In this document: in pieces, positions 56,572 to 64,000 of the stretch
How positions within the stretch are numbered: position 1 is the stretch's first letter
Layout of the letters: every line of letters starts with the position of its first letter
Source: Trypanosoma brucei
Taxonomy: Eukaryota
Reading direction: 5' to 3'
DNA length: 64,000 nucleotides
Assembly (NCBI GenBank): GCA_000002445.1
Contig: CM000208.1
Location: 1,248,001-1,312,000, forward strand
Translations under genes and position numbers: made by a program
The notes under the pieces: generated by a model
What the model was told of the DNA's origin: nothing
Databases searched by the model: none
What the model saw: only the letters and a program-made list of their open reading frames with translations

Positions 56572-58539
56572 ATGTCTGGCACTAATCACCTCCGTCAGGT
56601 GGTTCCCGCAGCCGTTTACAACCCAATACCTCCTGCACCACCGTTCATGGTGTTTTGCGACCCGTACGCGAAGGTCGCCAACGCTACTGCAAAGTACAGG
56701 AATCAACCGCCAGTCGCACCGAACGCTGCCGCTGTTTTTCAGCAGCAACTCTACAGTTTACCTTTTCATGGTGTTGCTGGGGTTCCCGCCCCTATGCGTG
56801 AAGAAGAGGACGCTGATGGGTCTTTTGAGGTTCACGACAGCTGCCTCAAGGCACCTATTACTGTAGGGCGTCGAGTTGTAATCCCCACTACCGGAAGCCG
56901 TGGCCTTTTCAACTGTGCGCAGCTTCCAAGTAATGGAAACAGTGGTGGTAACTGCAATAACAACTCCAATAGTAACGGGAATGGTGGGAAAAGTTTCGCG
57001 CGAATTTGTGACGCCCATCCCGAGGGAAGGTGTATTTCAGGTGAACAGTGCCCTGACATTCATGTGCAGGCCGAGTACCTAACTGCTCAGCGACAGGAGA
57101 TGATATTCTGGCTTGAAAGTAAGGAACGTGAGTTCCAGAACACACTGCGTGCGGATCCGACCAAGATGTTCCGTGTGTTCTGTGCGGACCTTAAAGAGGC
57201 CGTGGAAGTCCCGATTAGCGCGTTGCAATTCACTAAAGGTCTATACGTGGATCCGTCGGTTCGGGCTCGCCGGGCGCGTGCGGGTCATCAGAACCAGTTC
57301 GCGATGTTAGCCTCGCAGTTACCAACTGCCTGCGGATTGTTTCTTAGCAACCCTTCGCAGTGCAGGTGGGCCCGTTGGTGTAACCAAATTCATGTCGACT
57401 TCACGTGGATGCAGACGAAGAAGAAAGAGTTTGAGTCGTGGTTCAACGAACTGGAGGGACGCTTCAATGCACTTCCCGATGACTACGAGTTTCATGTGCA
57501 CGACCCACAGCTTAAAATGGGTTTAAGAATTCCGAAAGCAAGCATTGCTGTCTTTTCTCGTGGTCTCTTTCAGGGATCGCCGAAGAAGGCGCCGAGTGTC
57601 TGCATGCTCTTTCAACGGGACCGGTGCACAGCAAATGTGTGCTGCAATCAAATTCATGTGATACCGCGGTACTTAGCTTTGCATCGACTTTTGATACAAA
57701 AAGGGGACAGCATTACTGAAGAGGAGCGCGGGAACATTATGAATCAAATGAAGGAGATACTGGAGTCGCAGAAGCGGAGCATGCAGGTTGCGGACGATGG
57801 TGACGCCAACTTTCTCGCAAGGGAGCTAAATCCTCAGGCCGTACCGTACGTCCCACCGCAGCCAACAAGTGTGTGGCGCACGGGGGGCTCTGCGGGTAGC
57901 AGCAGTCCACCACGGACAGCAGCGGCTCCCATTCCTGTTCCCGAGCCCCTTCCAACATTCCGCCAACCACCGCAGTGGAACGAACACTCACCTTCAGCTG
58001 CTGTGGATGGCTCTCCGTACGCTTCCCCTCACCGACGCGTTGAAAGGTGTGGTAGCAGCGGCACGCGGGACTTGCACACCTGTTCCAATCCACTGGAAGA
58101 TTTGATTGAGTTCGTGGATGGGGACAAGTCGCGTACGTCTCTTCTCGCAAGTCAGAGTACAACGAGTCAGGCTAGTCGCAGTTGCAAGCACACCAATAAC
58201 CCTTATGCGTTTGGTGCGAGCTATAAATGTACCGCATCACCCACTTTTGGATGGGTCCAACCTGTTTACAGTGCAGCAAATAGCGGCTCGACACATCCAG
58301 CGAACCGCTCGTGGGGAAGTGGCAGCGTTACAGGCGGGTGTCAACCCATTCGAGTGCGTGTAGGAGGTGGTGGAATTATGGAACATGAACCGTTGGAGCC
58401 CTTTTCTTTGGATCAACACGATATGGGTGCCAGTCCCTTTGAATGTCGCTCACCAGCGCACCGGACGTTGGGATCAAGAACTATAGAAGACCGCCTCAGT
58501 TCTTCGCCAACGTGGAGTGCCACGCAGAAACAGAGATGA
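56572..58539 (+). CDS. CCCH-type zinc-finger RNA-binding protein with three fingers; a paralog of the gene at 17388.
   Basis: Fingers at nt 57007-57063 (CDAHPEGRCISGEQCPDIH), 57331-57393 (CGLFLSNPSQCRWARWCNQIH) and 57601-57657 (CMLFQRDRCTANVCCNQIH). The inter-finger linker FRVFCADLKEAVEVPISALQFTKGLYVDP is similar to the linker FTVRCFHPSMTEYFNIPSELVYYTKGSMEY of the 17388 protein. The C-terminus is Ser/Pro-rich. Confidence 0.8.
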   Translation: MSGTNHLRQVVPAAVYNPIPPAPPFMVFCDPYAKVANATAKYRNQPPVAPNAAAVFQQQLYSLPFHGVAGVPAPMREEEDADGSFEVHDSCLKAPITVGRRVVIPTTGSRGLFNCAQLPSNGNSGGNCNNNSNSNGNGGKSFARICDAHPEGRCISGEQCPDIHVQAEYLTAQRQEMIFWLESKEREFQNTLRADPTKMFRVFCADLKEAVEVPISALQFTKGLYVDPSVRARRARAGHQNQFAMLASQLPTACGLFLSNPSQCRWARWCNQIHVDFTWMQTKKKEFESWFNELEGRFNALPDDYEFHVHDPQLKMGLRIPKASIAVFSRGLFQGSPKKAPSVCMLFQRDRCTANVCCNQIHVIPRYLALHRLLIQKGDSITEEERGNIMNQMKEILESQKRSMQVADDGDANFLARELNPQAVPYVPPQPTSVWRTGGSAGSSSPPRTAAAPIPVPEPLPTFRQPPQWNEHSPSAAVDGSPYASPHRRVERCGSSGTRDLHTCSNPLEDLIEFVDGDKSRTSLLASQSTTSQASRSCKHTNNPYAFGASYKCTASPTFGWVQPVYSAANSGSTHPANRSWGSGSVTGGCQPIRVRVGGGGIMEHEPLEPFSLDQHDMGASPFECRSPAHRTLGSRTIEDRLSSSPTWSATQKQR

Positions 58540-61500
58540 TTGTGCCTCGTTACCATGGTGATTTGCTCAGGTGTTTTCTACTTGTACCTCCTTTGAGCTT
58601 TTCCCTGATCCCGCCTTTAAAAATTTTTTTTTCTAAAAATCTTTTCGTTCGTGCATTTTTATCCATTCTTGGTGTTTTTTCTTTTTAAATATCCGTTTCT
58701 ATTTTGCATCAGGTGCTTCAATTTTGCTTTATTTTTGCTGTTTGCAACTGCAGGAGTGCTGTAAGGGAGGGGGAAAGAAAAAGAAAAGTAGCATAATATC
58801 TTACTTTAGGAATATAACAGATGGAGGAGAGTTGTTTTTTTTTTCCCCCTCCTCCTCCTGCCTTTTCCCGTTTTTTGTCTTTTTTTTGTCTATTTTTAAC
58901 GAACCAAGTCAGGAAGGAAAACAAAGATAAAGTGATAAATGATTATACTATATTCCTATTTATATATATGTGTGCATATATATATAAATAAGCAAAATTT
59001 CGGGCGATTGTAAGCAAAATATATGAAATTTAATACTTGTAGCTAAACCATTACACAAATAATATAATTTCAAACGACTAAACTGCGAGTAATAATGAAC
59101 CAGACTAATTAAAAGGATATATATTTATTTATATTTATTTATATTGATTTCGTGGGGGAGAAGGGGGCGGGAGGGGGAAAATATAGATAAATATTTAATA
59201 AATTTTTTTTGTTTTAGAGAAGGAAACAATTTCTTTCAACGAAAAGAGGGAGGGGCAAAGGTGGGGTGAAAAAATAAAATTAGTTCATAGGTACAAGCAA
59301 CTAAATAAATTGCAGACCCGAGGTAAAGACAAATAATTTATAGAATACCACAACAACGACCAAATCGTGGTAAAGGTCTAAAGACGGTGAATAAAGGAGA
59401 AAAAGAAAAAGAAAAAGAAAATTGAGAGGGAAAAAAAACAGATGGTGAGGGGAGACAAATAAAACTTTCCTGCCGAGCTAGCTGAAAGGAAGGAAAGGAA
59501 ATGGATAAATTAATAAATAAATAAACGAAAACAATGACAAGAATGAGGGAGACAAAAATAGCGAAAAAAATAATAATAATACAAACTTAATAAGTAAGTA
59601 ACGGCAGAAACACCGCGGAAAAAAAAAAAGAGGAAAAAGGGTCGTTTCAAGGCGTTAAAGGGAAATAAAAGGGGGAAAAAAAACAAAGGAACCCACAAAA
59701 AAAAACAAATATAAGGTAAATGTTCAGATTTGTGTTTATTATGAATAAGTATGCGTTCGTGTGTGTCTGCAATGTAACAACACCAAAGGAAAAAAAAAGT
59801 GCGGGGGAGGTGGAGGAGAGGCGACAAAGAAAGAAAGCAAAAGCGAAAGAAAAAAAGAAAAAAAAGGGGAAAAGAAAGAAAGGGAGAAAGTGAAAACGAA
59901 AAAAAAAGGGAAAAGAAGTACGTGTTTTTCTGCTCGGAGATGATGATATGAAAATGATATGATATAATTTTATATGAAATCTTGACGAGTGGTGTAACTT
60001 AAATGGAAAGGGAAAATGGAAAAGAGAAAAAAAGAGGTCCATTGCATATGTGATGTGTGGCAGGGATGAAGGAAGTTAACTTTTGTTTCCCTTTTCCCAT
60101 CTTTTTTTTTTTACGTTATATCATTTCATATATTCTTAACTTTATGATTTTTGTTAATATTATCATTATCATTACTATCATCATTACCGTGGTTATTAGT
60201 TGATAATTCTCTCTTTCTCTTTCTCTTCTTGCTGCCCTCCTGCTTTTTTTTTCCTCTTTGTTTTTTATTCTTGTTTTGGATTGTTTTCCCCAATGTGTAC
60301 GGGACAGTTTCCTCCAAGTTTGAAAGGAAATGAAATAAATCATAATGATAAAAACAGAAGTAACGAGCGAGAAGAAAAAGGATGATGAAATGAAAAATGA
60401 AAATCACTGATTTGTGCATAAATAATTGATTATACTTTAAGAAAAAAAAAGTATTTGTACAGGCACCAATATATAACACTTATGTTTATAATACATATAT
60501 TTATATGAGACGTGCAGGCTCCTTGATATATGTGTGTGTGTTGACCCACACGTGTGCTAGCATGTTTTTTTTTGGTATTAGTTTCGCATTCGTTTTTTTT
60601 TCTTTCTCTTATAGGCTCCCTTCTGTTTTCGTTTTTGTTTTATTTCGAAACAATTTCTCCCCCCTCATTCCTTCCCATTTTCTAATCCTCTTTGTCAAGC
60701 TTACAACTCATCCTTCCACCTTGTGTGATTATTGTTATAAAAATTATTATTGTTACCGCGTTTACTATCCTTATTATTGATATTGTATTAATACATACCG
60801 TGTTTCCTTCTTTTTTTCTTTTTTTTCTTTTAATTCCGGTGCATGAAGGCCTGCAAACTTTTTTTTGTGGTGATTGTGATGTGACCATCCCTTTGTGCGT
60901 GTGTGTTTTCTTTCATTTGTTTGCAAGGCAGTATTATTATTATTATTATTATTATTTCTCTCTTTTCCTTCAGCTTCTTGTTTGCTGGCTTGGGAATCTC
61001 GCGTAGTTTCTGCTATTTATCATTTTATTTGCTTTGCTGTAGTTTCTTTCTTTCTTTTTTTATCTTTTTTTATCTTTCTTTTTTTTTTTTTAAAAAAGAA
61101 CCTTTTGTTTATTTTGTTGTTGTATTCCGTGGAGGGGGAAGGAGGAACAGAATTGAGTGGTGGAGGAAAAGAAAATGGAAAGAAGAAGGAAAAAAAAAAC
61201 AAAGTGGCGTACGTTCGTATCTGTGCGTTTGTATGTTCGGCCGTTTTCTTTTTCTTTTGTTTTTTTTTGCTCTTTTTTTGTCTTCTTTTTAAAAATTTTT
61301 TTTTGTTTTACCTTTGCATTCTCTGTATTGCTGTTTTGTTTTCCTTTTTCGTTTTTGCTGTTGTCCATTACTCTTTGGTTCCGGTGTTGTGAGCACTGAG
61401 GCGCATGCGGAGATCAAGAAAATATCATGTATACATATATATTAATATATACGTATATTTGAATGTACAGCTATACACACAGGTATGCGTATGTATAATA

Positions 61501-64000
61501 CAAACCTGTTTCGGGAAACATATCAGACAAGAAGGTTACATGTATGAATATAAATATAATATATAATATATAAAAATAAATAAATAAATATATACATTGA
61601 AAGTTTGTACATTTTGCATGCATAAATATGAATCTGCATATGTGAATGAATGCGTGTCTATGTGCGTTTGTGTGTGCACGATTATGTACAAAAATGTATA
61701 GGAAAAATAAAGGGAATGTAAGTGTGTATTGGCATTGCATCATGCCGTCATCATCTTCTCTCATTCCTTATTTCTCTTTTATTTGTGATTTGTGATTTTG
61801 ATTCATTTCTTCTTTGTTTTTTTTTTATTGGTTTGGTTTGCTATCAGTTGTCCGGTTTCGCTTCGTTTACACGCCACCTGAGAACTTCCCCATCTCTCCC
61901 TCCACGACACAAGATAAAAAAAAATAATTATTTGTATGTATGTGTTTCTTTTCTTTTCTTTTCTTTTTCCCCCTCCTTCTTGTTTTATGCGTCGTTCTGC
62001 TTGTCAGGAGTTAGTTTTTTATTTTTATTTTTGTTTTTGTTTTTGTATGACTGTGCTTGTGCTTGTGCTTATGTGTGAAGGAAAATAAAAAAAAGAAGGA
62101 TGAAAATACAAAGAGATGGAGACGGTGATTTGTATGCTTGGAAAGGTATGAAGGGAACAAAAGAGGGAATGTTGAACACACAAAACAAACATAAACACAA
62201 AGGAAAAAAAACGAAATTCTTCAATATTTGTTGTTTATTTAATTGCTTTTTTGTATGTATGTTTGTATGTTTGTTTGTGTGTGTCTTTACCTTTATTATT
62301 ATCTATTTTTTTTTTTTGGTTTTCTCTTTCTCTTCTGTCAACTTTCCTCTCCTGTTGTTTACCGTATTTGTTTGCTTCGGTATTTGTGAGTGCTTGTATA
62401 TGTTTGTGTAGAGGTGATGATGATGATGGTGATGAAAGCAGTTTGGTGTCATTATTGCGTTATAACAATAATAATAATAACAATAATAAGAGCTACAAGT
62501 AAGAAGGAATAGAAGAGAAAGAGAGAAAATGAAATGCTTGTGCTTGTGCTTGTGGTTGTGTTTTTTTTTGCTTTTTGTTTTTTGTTTTTAAATATTATCT
62601 CACGTACACATGAACACTTTACACTTAACTCTGCAAGCAATGGGTGAGATGATGCAAAAGGAAGAAAAAGGATACTAAATTAAGTAAATAAATGCAAATG
62701 AAGGGGAGGGGAGGGGAGGAGGAGGAGTGGGAGGGGAAGGAAAAGGAGAAAAAAAAAAAGAATAATATATACTTGACAACAGTAGCAGCAGCAACATTAG
62801 TTTAGTTAGCGATTCTTTTAACCGTGCTGCGCCCGCACGTTGGTGGCACTCCTTCATTTTTTTTTTTCGCCTTCGGGTCTCTTTCACGCACTGATGTTGC
62901 CACATTTGGTCCGTGTGTCTTTTTGTTTTTTTTTCTTTTTACTTTCAAAGGCGTTTTATCATCGGCTATGACAAAAGTCGGTGTGTTATTTCCTACGACT
63001 GTTTGTGTGACTCCGAACTGTTACTTTCTTCCCATTTCTGATTCCCCTCGCCTTTTACAGTGAGACTTTTTGAAAAAAAATAAACAAAAAACAACAATAT
63101 GTATAATATATTACATGAAAAGTTGATAAAATAAATAAATAAATATATTCATATAACACTTCTCCATATTTTCAAATATTTCCCCTTCCTCTTTTTCTTT
63201 TTATCGTTTCGCGTTTGCTGTATATCTCTTAAGTTTTGAAGAGAATTGGAAGAATGATGATTTTTTTTTTTTAAATATATATATATTTAACGTTGTTGTT
63301 GTTGTTTACATTTTTTTTTCTTTTTTGAAGGGGAGGGGGAAGGGCGTTGCTGCTGCTGCTGCTGTTATTGTCACTTTTGTTGTTATTGTTATTGCCGTCA
63401 CCGGCTCCCTCTTATGACTTGTGGTAATTGAAGGGAAGCTTAACATAAACAACGAAAAAAAAAAGTGAAGCAAAAAACGAAAAAAAAAAGAAAATAAAAC
63501 AAGAAAAAAGAGGGAGAAAAAATGTTTGTTGCGGGTTCTCACCACATTTTTCATTTTATTTTGTTTTTTTTTTAAAAAGAAAAAAATCACTTGATTTCAC
63601 GATACTTCCAGTTTGTTTACTTTTTTTTCTTTTTTTCTCTGTTATTTGATTCCATCACCCCAGAAGGTCCAGGGAATGGGGCAGGGGAAGGGAGGAGAGG
63701 GGTAAGAGTTCTTCTTGAAGGAGGAAACTATGAGAATTTAATTTATTACATTTGTGCGGTTCCTGTTTTTTCTTTTTTTTTCTTTTTTTTTCTTTTCAGG
63801 GAAGGGAGGGGAGGGGAGGGGAAGGAGAATGTTACCGCCACCCAGATATGAAGTAAGGATGCGAGGAAGAGGGAAACATGGCGATGGTGATGATGATGAT
63901 GATTTTTTTTTTTTTAAATCGTGACTTTTATGATAATAATGATAATGGTGGCAGCGTTGGTGCCGTTATGACGAAACGTGACTCGAGCGATATGAAAATA

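Overview
This window reads as trypanosomatid (Trypanosoma brucei-like) nuclear DNA. Every credible gene lies on the + strand, so it looks like one polycistronic transcription unit. Intergenic spacers are long and low-complexity, with polypyrimidine tracts followed by AG upstream of each ORF, as expected for trans-splicing. I found no introns, tRNAs, rRNAs or CRISPR arrays, and nothing prokaryote-like.

I support about 19 protein-coding genes. Those I recognise:
- RNase H2 catalytic subunit A (GIDEAGRGP motif)
- a tandem pair of small OB-fold proteins that look like editosome KREPA4/KREPA6
- an SDS22-type LRR protein
- a MAPK15/ERK8-type MAP kinase (TDY activation loop)
- two paralogous proteins with three CCCH zinc fingers each, about 39 kb apart
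- a TPR protein with a C-terminal J domain
- a TFIIH p52/Tfb2-like protein
- an ARF-like GTPase with an N-terminal RIIa/DPY-30-like helix
- a 1702-aa protein with two or three cNMP-binding domains and several C2-like domains
- a 1098-aa protein whose N-terminus resembles a ubiquitin-like fold plus a Rad23-type XPC-binding helix bundle

Non-genic structure worth noting:
- A roughly 340-357 bp near-identical dispersed repeat occurs in two 3' intergenic regions about 9.5 kb apart (36226-36563 and 45729-46085). It has imperfect inverted-repeat ends.
- A 7.4 kb ORF-free low-complexity tract (18933-26339) follows the first CCCH gene.
- A similar tract of at least 5.4 kb follows the second CCCH gene.
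- There are many microsatellites: (TG)n, (TA)n, (GTT)n, (TTTTTCA)n and (GGAAAG)n.
- A short telomere-like CCCTAA run sits upstream of the RNase H2A gene.

The supplied ORF track uses non-ATG starts (GTG/TTG) for several genes, which over-extends their N-termini; I give the first-ATG coordinates in the evidence fields. All functional calls come from motif recognition by eye. I ran no database search.
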